DNA of 64,000 nucleotides from the NCBI GenBank assembly GCA_964584805.1, contig CAZPAY010000003.1, forward strand, positions 1,889 to 65,888. The letters run 5' to 3'. Source of the stretch: an uncultured Planctomycetales bacterium. GTDB lineage: Bacteria > Planctomycetota > UBA1135. The notes under the pieces are model-generated. The model was not told the DNA's origin, ran no database searches, and was given only the letters and a program-made list of their open reading frames with translations. Every line of letters starts with the position of its first letter. Position 1 is the first letter of the stretch. Of this stretch, positions 8,967 through 18,939 are shown one piece after another. The position numbers and the translations under genes are program-made.

Positions 8967-9806
8967 TTAAAACTTGATGTCAGAGAGACGGAAGACAGGG
9001 CCTTTGATACAGGTTTTCACCCAAGGCCACTCGCCGTATTGACCCGAATCAGAAGTCGGTGTGGGGCAAGCATTACAAACACCGAAGCCACAACCCATGT
9101 AAGTTTCGAGGCTCAGATACGCCTCAACTTTTTCTGCACGCGCCCAATTGGCAAAGCCATGTAACAGCGACGCGGGGCCGCAGGCGAGGAAGACGGCATC
9201 TTTTGAAATACGCCCCGCGGTGATTTCCGCCTGCACCGCCTGGACGGCATTGCCCGCAAAGCCGAGAGAGCCATCATCGGTAGCGCAAATCAAATGACCC
9301 GGTGCTTTCTCGAATGCAGCTCGCTCGTAAAGGCGGTCAGCGGAACGAGCGCCGTAAATCATGTGTGTCTGCCCACATTCGGTCGCTGTCTTTTCAGCCT
9401 GAGCCTCACGCTGACGCAACCATGTCAAAAATGGCGCCGACCCCACACCGCCAGCGACGGCTACGGCTTCGCGGTCGGCAGAAACATCGGGGAAGCCATT
9501 TCCTAAGGGCGCCGTAATCGAGACCTTTTGCCCCGGTCGCAAAGCCGCCAAAGCCTGCGTACCCTCGCCCAAAGTTTGGATGAGAAAGGACAATTTGCTT
9601 GCGCCGTCAAAACCGTAAATGCTTATCGGACGCGGAATTACAGGCCCAGCCCCACTTTCGGGCGACAACATTGCAAATCGTCCTGCGCGCAATTCAGCGA
9701 TCGGAGCCGTCAACTGCACCTCGAGCACAAAAGCATCCGCACCGCACACGCGGGAATCAGTAATCAGCGCAGAACCGCAACGAGCATCAGCAGAGAGGGA
9801 AACCAT
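8967..9806 (-). CDS. PyrK-like FAD/NAD-binding oxidoreductase with C-terminal 2Fe-2S cysteine cluster
   Basis: RPISIY (flavin-binding RxYS-like), GGVGSAP (NAD-binding) and the CGFGVCNAC...C cluster match the dihydroorotate dehydrogenase electron-transfer subunit family. Confidence 0.7.
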   Translation of the reverse strand: MVSLSADARCGSALITDSRVCGADAFVLEVQLTAPIAELRAGRFAMLSPESGAGPVIPRPISIYGFDGASKLSFLIQTLGEGTQALAALRPGQKVSITAPLGNGFPDVSADREAVAVAGGVGSAPFLTWLRQREAQAEKTATECGQTHMIYGARSADRLYERAAFEKAPGHLICATDDGSLGFAGNAVQAVQAEITAGRISKDAVFLACGPASLLHGFANWARAEKVEAYLSLETYMGCGFGVCNACPTPTSDSGQYGEWPWVKTCIKGPVFRLSDIKF

Positions 9807-9823
9807 GCGCTTTAGATTGTAGA

Positions 9824-10060
9824 ATGGCTTCCATGCAAGACCCTGTAATTGAAAAAATCTTCGTCAACCGCAAGTTGCTGAATGAACATAAAATTGAAGT
9901 GCCGTCGCACTCAGTTTATGCCTATTGCTGGGCAGTTACGGTTGGCGACAAACGGTCGTATTTTGCCACCGAAGCGGAAGCTCAGGCCTTCGTTTCCCCC
10001 GCACCTGAAGTGCAGACCAACGAATCGGTCGTCGAGCAAGAAGCCGAAGCCGGCGCCTAA
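9824..10060 (+). CDS. hypothetical small protein (78 aa)
   Basis: Protein-like composition, whereas the overlapping frame is Arg/Lys/Pro-rich junk. The stop is 1 nt before the GTG of the NUDIX gene. Confidence 0.5.
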   Translation: MASMQDPVIEKIFVNRKLLNEHKIEVPSHSVYAYCWAVTVGDKRSYFATEAEAQAFVSPAPEVQTNESVVEQEAEAGA

Positions 10061-10061
10061 A

Positions 10062-10526
10062 GTGGCCAAACTCCAGGCAAGCGGCACGCCCGAAGACCCC
10101 GTCCTTGCTGGCGGCGTAGTGCTTTGGCGCGCGAGCCAAGAGGGTGAGCCTGAATTTTTGCTACTACAAAACTCACTCCACCACACTTGGTCTTTTGCCA
10201 AAGGTCATGCGGATTCTGACGATGCCGATTTGCATGCAACTGCATTACGAGAATTAGCCGAAGAAACGGGTATCGAAATCTCGGTCGATGCACTCGCGAC
10301 CGATTTCGCCGATGTCAGCACTTACCGCGTCAATGATTCCTACTGGAAGCAAGTGGTTTACTTTTTGTACACCGAGTCTTGCGGCTGTGAAATCACGCGA
10401 TCAGATGAGCACGAAGCGCACCAATGGCTACCCGAAAAAGCCGCGCTTGAGTTGCTCCCGCATCAAGACTTAAGGCGCACCTTGATTCGCGCATCGATGC
10501 ATTTAGCTCATGCTCACGCCAGCTGA
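10062..10526 (+). CDS. NUDIX hydrolase
   Basis: Nudix box GHADSDDADLHATALRELAEETGI. The GTG at 10062 was chosen because the longer ORF from 9882 overlaps the 78-aa gene with implausible sequence. Confidence 0.75.
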   Translation: MAKLQASGTPEDPVLAGGVVLWRASQEGEPEFLLLQNSLHHTWSFAKGHADSDDADLHATALRELAEETGIEISVDALATDFADVSTYRVNDSYWKQVVYFLYTESCGCEITRSDEHEAHQWLPEKAALELLPHQDLRRTLIRASMHLAHAHAS

Positions 10527-11133
10527 AGCGCGGGCGCTGCTCGACACTCACGCACCCGAAAATGAGTTGTGGCCGCTACATTGCCAACTCGTTGGCCGCA
10601 TTGCTCGTTTGGTCGCAGAGGCCGCCCAAAATAATGGTGAAGAGAGCGGTAGTGAACCTGTGAATGCCGACACTCTTGAGGTTTACGGCTTGCTCCACGA
10701 CATCGGCCGGTGCAAATCCAACGGCCCCATGCATGGCTGGGCTGGTTTCGTCCTTTTGCGCAGTTTGGGGCATGCCGACGCAGGCCGCGGTTGCTTGACG
10801 CATTGGTTCAAGGGGCGGAATCAAAACGAGATGGCTGTGACAGGCAAATTTGGTGACGACTTCCTGAGCGGTGTTTATGGAAACTTACAACCGCAAGAGT
10901 GGCTACTCACTGACAGCATCTTGTCATTCGCTGATTCCTGCGTGATGCACAATCAAATCGTCAGCCTCAAAACGCGGCATCAAGATTTGCGCAATCGTTA
11001 TGGCGCGTCGGCCTGGATGACTCGCACCGAAGAACTCGCCAATCAACACGCCGACCAAATCAGCGCGAGATTAGGATTTGAGGTTCACGACCTCGTAGCC
11101 CCCCTTTACGGCGAGATTCTCACTCATGACTAG
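10510..11133 (+). CDS. HD/HDIG-domain phosphohydrolase
   Basis: The GLLHDIGR motif. It overlaps the NUDIX stop by 17 nt, suggesting an operon. Confidence 0.7.
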   Translation: MLTPAEARALLDTHAPENELWPLHCQLVGRIARLVAEAAQNNGEESGSEPVNADTLEVYGLLHDIGRCKSNGPMHGWAGFVLLRSLGHADAGRGCLTHWFKGRNQNEMAVTGKFGDDFLSGVYGNLQPQEWLLTDSILSFADSCVMHNQIVSLKTRHQDLRNRYGASAWMTRTEELANQHADQISARLGFEVHDLVAPLYGEILTHD

Positions 11134-12835
11134 CCCAATGTCTTTTGGCCTTGACCCCTTGGCCGACCGCATCACATCCGCTTTAGCGCCCGCTTTGGGT
11201 GTTGAGGCAAGCGCTTTGCAACTTGAGCGACCACGCGAAGAAAAGCATGGTGAATTTAGCTTGCCTTGCTTTCGTTTCAGCAAAGCCGCTGGCAAAAACC
11301 CCGCTCAATTAGCAGGCGATTTGGCCACCGATTTTGCCGTCGACGGCATCACCGCTGCGGCAGCAGGCCCGTTTTTGAATTTCAAAGTTGAGCCCACGCT
11401 TTTAGCAGCGACGGTTCTTGAGCATGTGCGCAGTGAGGCCTTTGGCCGCGCGGATTCTGACGAAACGACGGTGGTTGAATTTTCGTCGCCCAACATTGCC
11501 AAGCCAATGCATGTGGGCCATCTGCGCTCAACGGTTATCGGCGCTGCACTTGCTCGGATTTACGGCCACCTTGGCCATGAGGTCGTACGCATCAATCACT
11601 TGGGCGACTGGGGCTCGCAATTCGGCAAGCTCGTCGCGGGGTGGCAGCGCTGGGGTGATGCGACAAAACTTGAGGCTGACCCGATTGGGCACCTGCTTGA
11701 GATTTACGTCCGTTATCACAACGAAGAAAAAGAGGATGAGTCGCTGCCCGCTGATGCGAAAAAAGCATTCCAAGAATTAGAGTGTGGCGATGACAACGAG
11801 ACGCGCAAAACTTGGCGGCAATTCACCGAGTTGAGCCTGCGGGAGTTTCAGCGCACTTATGCTCGCCTCGGCACTGAGTTTGATTTCTTGCGTGGTGAGA
11901 GTTGGTACGAAGACAAACTGCAAGACACGCTCGACTTCCTTGAGACGGCAAATATTCTTGAGCTCGACGATGGCGCCTGGCTCGTCAATCTTGAGAGCGA
12001 AGACATCAAAACGCCTTGTTTGGTCAAAACGGCGCACGGAACGACCCTTTACGCCACACGCGATTTGGCTGCGGCTCGTTCGCGATGGGAAGAATTTAAA
12101 TTTGACCGATGTCTCTATGTTGTCGGCAGTGAGCAAATCCTGCACTTCCGCCAACTCAAAGCAACACTCAAACGCGCGGGGCAGGCTGAGTGGTCTGAGC
12201 GCATTGAGCACATCACTTTTGGCCTCATTCGCCTAGCGGAGGGCAAAATGTCCACACGCGCGGGGCTCGTACTCACGCTGGCGGAAGTTCTCGACCGCGC
12301 TGCTGAATTGGCACGCGAAGTCATTGCTGAGAAAAACCCCGACTTGCCAGATGCAGACATAATTGCTGAGCAGGTCGCCGTGGGCGCAATTGTGTTCCAC
12401 GACCTCAAGCATCAGCGACAAAAAGATGTCGTCTTTGATTGGAATGAAGTGTTGAGCTTTGAGGGTGACACGGGCCCATATCTGCAATACACCCACGCAC
12501 GCTGTTGCTCGATTTTGCGAAAGGCCGAAAAAGCTGCGCCTGCATGGGGCGAGTTTGACCCCGCACTCTTACCTGAGTCGCGCGATTTGATGGTTGCCAT
12601 CGGGCGATTCCCGCAGGCCATCCGCGAAGCTGCTGTAAAAAACGAGCCGATGCTGATTGCGCAAGCTTTGCTGAAAATCGGTCAAGCAGGCAATTCGTTT
12701 TACCGAAACTGCCCTGTGCTAAAAGCCGAAACAACTGAGCTGGGTGATGCCCGATTGGCTGTCATGGATAGTCTGCGCTCTGTTTTAGCGATGGGGTTAG
12801 GTTTGCTAGGCGTGCCGACCCCGCATGAGATGTAG
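11126..12835 (+). CDS. argS: arginine--tRNA ligase
   Basis: Class I HIGH-type motif (PMHVGHLRS), a KMSTR motif and an anticodon-binding C-terminus; 569 aa. Confidence 0.95.
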   Translation: MTSPMSFGLDPLADRITSALAPALGVEASALQLERPREEKHGEFSLPCFRFSKAAGKNPAQLAGDLATDFAVDGITAAAAGPFLNFKVEPTLLAATVLEHVRSEAFGRADSDETTVVEFSSPNIAKPMHVGHLRSTVIGAALARIYGHLGHEVVRINHLGDWGSQFGKLVAGWQRWGDATKLEADPIGHLLEIYVRYHNEEKEDESLPADAKKAFQELECGDDNETRKTWRQFTELSLREFQRTYARLGTEFDFLRGESWYEDKLQDTLDFLETANILELDDGAWLVNLESEDIKTPCLVKTAHGTTLYATRDLAAARSRWEEFKFDRCLYVVGSEQILHFRQLKATLKRAGQAEWSERIEHITFGLIRLAEGKMSTRAGLVLTLAEVLDRAAELAREVIAEKNPDLPDADIIAEQVAVGAIVFHDLKHQRQKDVVFDWNEVLSFEGDTGPYLQYTHARCCSILRKAEKAAPAWGEFDPALLPESRDLMVAIGRFPQAIREAAVKNEPMLIAQALLKIGQAGNSFYRNCPVLKAETTELGDARLAVMDSLRSVLAMGLGLLGVPTPHEM

Positions 12836-12838
12836 ACC

Positions 12839-13375
12839 ATGAGCGATTTCAAAACCCGACTCGATTACAACGACTTCCTGCGTGATGTACCTGACTTCCC
12901 TAAGCCAGGGATTTTATTTAAAGACATCACTCCGCTGCTGTCGGCGCCAGCCGCATTTGGCGCGAGCATTGCTGATTTGTGTGACTTAGCTGCGCAATAT
13001 CAGCCCACACATATCGCCGGCATTGAATCGCGTGGATTCTTGTTTGGTGCGCCGATGGCTCAACAAATGGGGATTTCATTCATCCCCGTGCGGAAGCCCG
13101 GCAAATTGCCCTGGGACACCTATTCTTGCGAATACGAGCTGGAATACGGCAAGAACACACTCGAATTGCATACCGATGCTTCGGCTGCGGGCGATCGCGT
13201 CTTGCTCATCGACGACCTTTTGGCAACGGGCGGCTCGGCGGATGCCGCAATTCAGTTATTGCGGAAAACCGGCGCTGAAATCGTTGCGGCTCTTTTTGTA
13301 GTTGAGCTTGATTTCCTCAACGGCCGTGAAAAACTCCACGGCACGCTGGTCACGAGCCTGGTGCATGTTTCTTAA
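12839..13375 (+). CDS. apt: adenine phosphoribosyltransferase
   Basis: FPKPGILFKDITPLL and the PRPP motif VLLIDDLLATGGS. Confidence 0.93.
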   Translation: MSDFKTRLDYNDFLRDVPDFPKPGILFKDITPLLSAPAAFGASIADLCDLAAQYQPTHIAGIESRGFLFGAPMAQQMGISFIPVRKPGKLPWDTYSCEYELEYGKNTLELHTDASAAGDRVLLIDDLLATGGSADAAIQLLRKTGAEIVAALFVVELDFLNGREKLHGTLVTSLVHVS

Positions 13376-13435
13376 ACGCGATTCGTAGCACCATGTTTCT
13401 TGACCCACGCCGCCGCTAGAATCGCATCACCCTTC

Positions 13436-14242
13436 ATGGTTACGGAATCCCTCGCCCCCGACGAAAAGCCCCCCATCACGACCACAGATTTGTGGCGGAT
13501 GTGGCGTGATGCCGTCAAAGCAGGCAAAGATGACGAGGCGCGCGACTTCCATTCTGAGTTGGTTGAGCGACATCAACCGCTGGTGCGGTTTTTAGCCGAG
13601 CGCATGGCCGTCAATTTGCCGCGCTCCGTGAGTGTCGACGACCTCATGCAAGAAGGCAACTTTGGGCTCATGGATGCGCTCAGCAAATTCGACGCCGACC
13701 GCGGGATTAAATTCAAAACTTACTGTTCGACGCGTATTCGGGGTGCCATCCTTGATTCGCTGCGCACGCAAGATTGGGTGCCGCGCTTGGCTCGTAGGCG
13801 GGCGAAAGACATCCAGATTGTGCGCGATGAATTTCTTGAGACTTCGGGCCGCGAGCCAAGCGATAAAGAAATTGCTGCCGCGCTCGATCTCAAAGAAAAA
13901 GATATCGCGCACCACGGCAGCTTGAAATCCATGAATAGCTTGTCCGATCGCAAGCCTTCGGGTGGCGACGAGGCCGCGCCGCAAATGGATACGCTCGGCT
14001 CTTCCAAAGAGGCCGACCCCTTTTCGTGCATCGACCACGCCGACTTGATGAAAGTCATCACGAGCTCGCTGAGCGACAAAGAGCGCATGGTTTTGCAGTT
14101 GTTTTACATCGAAGATTTAAATCTCCGCGAAATCGGCGAGCGCCTGCATATCACTGAATCGCGCGTTTGTCAGATTCGCAGCGTTGTTCTAAAACGCCTG
14201 CGTGAGCGTTTATCTGGTAGCGAAAGCGACCTTACGGGTTAG
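13436..14242 (+). CDS. fliA: RNA polymerase sigma factor, FliA/WhiG (sigma-28) family
   Basis: Region 2 (DLMQEGNFGLMDALSKFD, RIRGAILDSLR) and region 4 (LNLREIGERLHITESRVCQI). The ATG at 13436 is preferred over the TTG at 13400. Confidence 0.8.
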   Translation: MVTESLAPDEKPPITTTDLWRMWRDAVKAGKDDEARDFHSELVERHQPLVRFLAERMAVNLPRSVSVDDLMQEGNFGLMDALSKFDADRGIKFKTYCSTRIRGAILDSLRTQDWVPRLARRRAKDIQIVRDEFLETSGREPSDKEIAAALDLKEKDIAHHGSLKSMNSLSDRKPSGGDEAAPQMDTLGSSKEADPFSCIDHADLMKVITSSLSDKERMVLQLFYIEDLNLREIGERLHITESRVCQIRSVVLKRLRERLSGSESDLTG

Positions 14243-15106
14243 ATGAGCAACTCGCCGCCCTCGCAAGGAAAACCTGCGCGGCCACCCCGTGAGAATCCCG
14301 CGCAATCGCCGTGCATTGCTTCCGCGCGCTTGCGTCGCATCCTGCCGATGCGGCGGCGCATCGCTCAAGCCATCCGCATCGAAGAATCCTGCCCGAGCAC
14401 AAGCGACCTTGTTAAAGAAATGGCCGCCGCCCACGGAGCCGGCGGAGCAGATGGCCTACTCGTCATCGCTGAGCAGCAAACAAACGGCCGAGGCCGACGC
14501 ACCCGCGATTGGTGGACGGGCCCCCCTCATGCGAATTTGGCTTTGTCGATTGGCATTGCTGCACCGCTTCCCCAGCCTGTCGAAGCGCTTGGCCTGATGG
14601 CAGCATGCGCGTTGACTGAGGTGATTGAGCGCACGGTCGCCGCACCCGTGGCAATGAAATGGCCGAATGATGTGCTCATCGGGCGGGCTAAAGTCGCGGG
14701 TCTGCTTTGTGAAATGCCCGCTAAAGTGAGCGACTTTGCCGTCATCGGTATGGGTGTCAATGTCCACGCCGCGCCCCCGCCCGAGGGCCTGGCCTATGAC
14801 GCGACCTGTATTGAGCGGCATTCTCCGGCGGGGCGCGTCGATCGCACTTTGCTTTTGGCTGGTTTCCTGATGGGGCTTGAGCGGCGGCTGCGAATTTTTC
14901 AGCTCGCCGGCCCTGCGGCGCTTGAGGTCGAAATGCTCCATCGCCTGCGCGCCTGGGCTCCACATGGCGTCCGTGACCCCCGCACGAGCACAAAAGGGCA
15001 ATTACAGGCATTTTCATTTCAGGATGGGCTGTGCTTGCGCGCACAAAACACGCAAAAAGATCTACCGCTTGCTTGGCTGAGTTCGCTTGAGCGGCTTGAC
15101 GCATAA
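14243..15106 (+). CDS. birA: biotin--[acetyl-CoA-carboxylase] ligase (no N-terminal HTH apparent)
   Basis: TNGRGRRTRDWW (GRGRxxRxW) and KWPNDVL motifs. The start is uncertain. Confidence 0.8.
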   Translation: MSNSPPSQGKPARPPRENPAQSPCIASARLRRILPMRRRIAQAIRIEESCPSTSDLVKEMAAAHGAGGADGLLVIAEQQTNGRGRRTRDWWTGPPHANLALSIGIAAPLPQPVEALGLMAACALTEVIERTVAAPVAMKWPNDVLIGRAKVAGLLCEMPAKVSDFAVIGMGVNVHAAPPPEGLAYDATCIERHSPAGRVDRTLLLAGFLMGLERRLRIFQLAGPAALEVEMLHRLRAWAPHGVRDPRTSTKGQLQAFSFQDGLCLRAQNTQKDLPLAWLSSLERLDA

Positions 15107-15154
15107 GACAAACACAACGCGCGCGCGACTTGCTGCGCGGGTAAAATCCGCGCC

Positions 15155-15880
15155 ATGACACGCTTCAACGGACGCGCTGCGGGCGAGCTCCGCACTCTCA
15201 ATTTCCACCGTGGTTTCACTGAAAACGCGGAAGGCTCAGTTTTGGTTTCCGCAGGCCGCACGCGCGTTTTGTGCACGGCGAGCGTTTTGCCTGGCGTCCC
15301 TCGCTGGATGCGCAGCAAAGGTGAGGGTTGGCTCACCGCCGAATACGCGATGCTGCCGGGCTCGGTTGATGGCCGCAAACCGCGCGAGCACAACAAGCGT
15401 GACGGCCGCTCGGTCGAAATTCAGCGACTCATTGGTCGTAGCCTGCGCGCCGCGGTCGATCTTTCGGCATTCCCTGAATTTACGATTCATGTCGATTGCG
15501 ATGTTTTGCAGGCCGATGGCGGCACTCGATGTGCAAGCATCACAGGTGGCATGATGGCGATTCATGATGCGCTGCAAGTGCTCGAAAGCCGCGGCCAACT
15601 CAAGCGCCCCGGAATTCGTCATTGGATTTCGGCAATCAGCGTCGGTGTCGTCGGCGAAAGCGCGGTACTCGACTTGGATTACGGTGAAGATTTTGCCGCG
15701 GAAGTCGACATGAATATCATCGCAACCGCCGACGGAAAAATCATCGAGGTACAAGGCACTGCTGAGGGCCAACCATTTTCGCGCGAGATGCATGACCGCC
15801 TGCTTGACTTGGGTTTGAGCGGAACAAGCGCGATGTGCGCAACCATGCAAGAGTTGGCTGCGGCTGGGCTTGAGGTCTGA
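15155..15880 (+). CDS. rph: ribonuclease PH
   Basis: GSVLVSAGRTRVLCTAS, RDGRSVEIQRLIGRSLR and the DCDVLQADGGTR motifs. Ends in TGA. Confidence 0.95.
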   Translation: MTRFNGRAAGELRTLNFHRGFTENAEGSVLVSAGRTRVLCTASVLPGVPRWMRSKGEGWLTAEYAMLPGSVDGRKPREHNKRDGRSVEIQRLIGRSLRAAVDLSAFPEFTIHVDCDVLQADGGTRCASITGGMMAIHDALQVLESRGQLKRPGIRHWISAISVGVVGESAVLDLDYGEDFAAEVDMNIIATADGKIIEVQGTAEGQPFSREMHDRLLDLGLSGTSAMCATMQELAAAGLEV

Positions 15881-15904
15881 TTTTTCTCCTTTAAGTTCAA
15901 AACG

Positions 15905-16543
15905 ATGGCACAGCAAAAAATACTAGTCGGCTCGGGCAACGCAAAAAAGTTGGCTGAGTTGCAGTCATTGAGTGCTGAATTGCCCATCGAAATTTTGACT
16001 CCTGCCGATTTGCCCAACGGCTTGCCCGATGTCGACGAAGACAAAGACACTTTTGTCGATAACGCCATGAAAAAAGCGCAAGCTTTTGCGGCCGCCGCTG
16101 CGGAGCAATTGGGTGAGGGCATTTGGGCGCTTGCCGATGATTCAGGCCTCATGGTCGATGCGCTCGAAGGCGCGCCGGGTGTACATTCGGCCCGTTATGC
16201 CGGCGAATGCACCGATATGCCCGCTCCCGCGCGCGATTTGGCCAATAACAACAAGTTACTCGAAGCGCTGCAATTTGTCAGCGAAGGCGAGCGCGGTGCC
16301 GCATTTAAATGCGTCATTGCCGTCGCCGATGCGACGCAACCGCTTTTTGCCGTCGAAGGTATGGTCGAGGGGCGCATCCTGACGGAGCCTGACGGAGAAG
16401 GAGGTTTCGGATACGACCCGCTCTTTTATCATGAGCGGTCCGAGACGACCTTCGCCCGCCTTTCAGGGGAAGAAAAAGCAGCCATCAGCCACCGCGGCCA
16501 AGCCATGGCGCGCCTTCAGGTCTTATTGGAATCCGTCCTTTAG
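15905..16543 (+). CDS. rdgB: dITP/XTP pyrophosphatase (RdgB/HAM1 family)
   Basis: GSGNAKKLAEL, the DDSGL motif, GFGYDPLF and ISHRGQA. Confidence 0.9.
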   Translation: MAQQKILVGSGNAKKLAELQSLSAELPIEILTPADLPNGLPDVDEDKDTFVDNAMKKAQAFAAAAAEQLGEGIWALADDSGLMVDALEGAPGVHSARYAGECTDMPAPARDLANNNKLLEALQFVSEGERGAAFKCVIAVADATQPLFAVEGMVEGRILTEPDGEGGFGYDPLFYHERSETTFARLSGEEKAAISHRGQAMARLQVLLESVL

Positions 16544-18349
16544 ATGACCAAAAACTACCCGCCTGAGCGCATCCGGAACTTTTCCATCATTGCGCACATT
16601 GACCACGGCAAGTCGACACTTGCCGACCGGTTTTTGGATATTGCCACCCCAGATGATGGGCGTAAAAAGCAAGAGCAGCGGCTTGATTCAATGGATTTAG
16701 AGCGCGAGCGCGGCATCACGATTAAGGCAGCCGCGGTTTCACTTGAGTTAAAGATTAAGGGTGAGGATTACTTGCTCAATATGATCGACACGCCGGGGCA
16801 TGTTGACTTTGCTTATGAAGTCGAGAAATCACTTCAAGCCTGCGAGGGCGCGCTGTTGCTGATTGACGCGGCTCAAGGCATCCAAGCGCAGACCGTGGCC
16901 AATACGATGTTGGCGCTTGAGCAAGATATGGAGGTCATGCCGATTTTCAACAAAATCGACCTCCCCCACGCGCGACCCGACGAAATTGCCGAAGAGCTTG
17001 AGCATGTTTTGCTCGTTGAGAGGGAAGGCGTCTTAAATTGCTCCGCTAAAACCGGCGAAGGCGTACCTGAAATTATTGATGAGATTGTTGAGCGCATCCC
17101 CGCCCCCGCGGGTGACAAAAACGCGCCACTGCAAGCTTTGATTTTCGACGCGACATACGATGAATACCGCGGTGTCATTGTGTATTTGCGTGTGATTAAT
17201 GGGGTCATCCGCAAGCGCGACATGGTGCATATGATTGGCGCAAAAGCCGATTATGAGGTGCTTGAGCTGGGGCGTTACACGCCTGAGCCCGTCCCTTGCC
17301 AAGAGCTGCACCCCGGCGAAGTTGGTTATCTGATTTCAAATATCAAAGAGCTCGGCGATGTGCGCGTGGGCGACACCGTCACGGTTAGTAAAGGTGAGCA
17401 GGCTAAATCTCTCGAGGGTTATCGCGAGCCGGTGCCGATGGTTTGGTGCGGCATCTACCCTGTGCAGTCCAAAGATTTCGAAGATTTGCGCACAGCATTA
17501 AATACGCTCAAGCTTAATGATTCCTCTATCATTTTTGAGCCCGAGACTTCTGAGGCTTTGGGGTTTGGTTTCCGTTGTGGTTTCCTTGGCTTGCTGCATA
17601 TGGAGATCGCCCAAGAGCGACTTGAGCGCGAAAGTGGGATCGATATCGTGCAAACCGCCCCGACGGTGCCGTATCAAATTTTGATGACCGATAGCTCGAC
17701 GCGTGACATCCACTGCCCGGGTGATTTGCCTGACCCAACGCAATACAACGAAGTCCGCGAGCCGATTGTGACCTCACATATTTTGGTTCCGACCGAGTCG
17801 ATTGGCCCGATTATGTCGCTTTGTTCTGAGCGACGCGGTGTGTTTTTGAAGCAAGAGCATTTGTCGGCCAATCGCGTGATGCTCACTTGGGATTTGCCCC
17901 TCGCTGAAGTGATTTATGATTTCTACGACAAGTTGAAATCCGGCACAAAGGGTTATGGCACGATGAATTTCGACGAGCCACGATTCCAATCGGCCAACTT
18001 GGTCAAGATGCGTATCTTGGTCAATGAAGTTGAAGCAGATGCTTTGAGTGTGATTTGCCATGCCGATGACGCCCAGCGCCGCGGCCGTGCTGTTTTGCAG
18101 GTCTTGCGTAAAGAAATTCCGCGACATCAATTTAAAGTGCCTTTGCAAGCTGCCGTTGGTGGCAAGATTTTGGCGCGCGAAACGATTAGTGCATTAAGTA
18201 AAAATGTTACGGCCAAATGCTATGGCGGCGACATCACGCGCAAGCGCAAGTTGCTCGAAAAGCAAAAAGAAGGCAAAAAGCGGATGAAGTCCATCGGCTC
18301 GGTCGAAGTGCCGCAAAAGGCCTTTTTGGCTGTATTGCGTACCGATTAG
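16544..18349 (+). CDS. lepA: translation elongation factor 4
   Basis: IRNFSIIAHIDHGKSTLADR, DTPGHVDF and the LepA-specific C-terminus; 601 aa. Confidence 0.97.
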   Translation: MTKNYPPERIRNFSIIAHIDHGKSTLADRFLDIATPDDGRKKQEQRLDSMDLERERGITIKAAAVSLELKIKGEDYLLNMIDTPGHVDFAYEVEKSLQACEGALLLIDAAQGIQAQTVANTMLALEQDMEVMPIFNKIDLPHARPDEIAEELEHVLLVEREGVLNCSAKTGEGVPEIIDEIVERIPAPAGDKNAPLQALIFDATYDEYRGVIVYLRVINGVIRKRDMVHMIGAKADYEVLELGRYTPEPVPCQELHPGEVGYLISNIKELGDVRVGDTVTVSKGEQAKSLEGYREPVPMVWCGIYPVQSKDFEDLRTALNTLKLNDSSIIFEPETSEALGFGFRCGFLGLLHMEIAQERLERESGIDIVQTAPTVPYQILMTDSSTRDIHCPGDLPDPTQYNEVREPIVTSHILVPTESIGPIMSLCSERRGVFLKQEHLSANRVMLTWDLPLAEVIYDFYDKLKSGTKGYGTMNFDEPRFQSANLVKMRILVNEVEADALSVICHADDAQRRGRAVLQVLRKEIPRHQFKVPLQAAVGGKILARETISALSKNVTAKCYGGDITRKRKLLEKQKEGKKRMKSIGSVEVPQKAFLAVLRTD

Positions 18350-18376
18350 AGCCTGAGGGCTCCCGCTTTTCTTACT

Positions 18377-18398
18377 CAGCTTTGAAATAAGCTGTTTT
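18377..18398 (+). terminator. weak intrinsic terminator after lepA
   Basis: CAGCTT-TGAAAT-AAGCTG followed by TTTT. Confidence 0.4.
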
Positions 18399-18483
18399 GA
18401 TGTGTCACACCCGTGCGGTGAAACCGTCTACTTATTGACGGGGAAATCACCTCGTTATCACCCGAGATGGATAGGAGGTATCT

Positions 18484-18924
18484 ATGCTCTTTTTAACAAA
18501 ACCTATGGCCGCTTTGTTGATGGTCATGCCCATTGCGGTCTGCGACTGTCATTCTGGAGAGTGGTTCTACGCTCAAGACATTCTCGTGTCGACCGATTAT
18601 CTCTCCGTGAAAGCTCTCGATGTGCATGTGAAAAATGGTGTCGCAAACATCGGCAATTTCAAAGTCGAGTCCGCCAAAGGCCTCAAAGTCAGCGACGTTC
18701 GCTTTACTACTTTTCATAATCACAACGGTATCTCTGGCTTTCAAGATCCGCCTGACATTGCAACAAGCGTGAGTTCTGCCACTTCTAATCCGCCAAGTTC
18801 CACGATTGAAATAAGAGATATCAACAACAACTCACTCGGCAATGGTCACGGCGAGAGTTGGGAAGTCATCATCACACTCACTCCGGGGGATGGCGAGCCG
18901 TCCGTCTTTTCTGGCACACGATAA
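18484..18924 (+). CDS. hypothetical exported protein
   Basis: Hydrophobic N-terminus MAALLMVMPIAVCDC and GGAGG 6 nt upstream. No family recognised. Confidence 0.5.
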   Translation: MLFLTKPMAALLMVMPIAVCDCHSGEWFYAQDILVSTDYLSVKALDVHVKNGVANIGNFKVESAKGLKVSDVRFTTFHNHNGISGFQDPPDIATSVSSATSNPPSSTIEIRDINNNSLGNGHGESWEVIITLTPGDGEPSVFSGTR

Positions 18925-18939
18925 ATCGAGATACACAAA

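Noticed and set aside
13400-13422. TTGACC ... TAGAAT promoter look-alike and a TTG start for the sigma factor
   Set aside because: The spacer between the hexamers is only 11 nt. The TTG start adds 12 residues with no support, so the ATG at 13436 was preferred.
15878-15907. rph ends in TGA and rdgB starts 8 codons later in the same frame (possible third recoding event)
   Set aside because: No hairpin follows the TGA (the sequence is tttttctcctttaagttcaaaacg). Both proteins are complete, independent, universally separate enzymes. Sharing a frame has a 1-in-3 chance.
14456-15916. Long antisense ORFs over birA and rph (e.g. 14456..15001, 15236..15916), and similar ones over etfA, lepA, ligA and argS
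   Set aside because: They oppose strongly recognisable housekeeping genes and have Arg/Ala/Ser-rich composition typical of shadow frames.
18435-18461. TTGACG-N15-TATCAC as a promoter for the three-gene exported cluster
   Set aside because: The 15-nt spacer and the weak -10 are too far from consensus to support a call.
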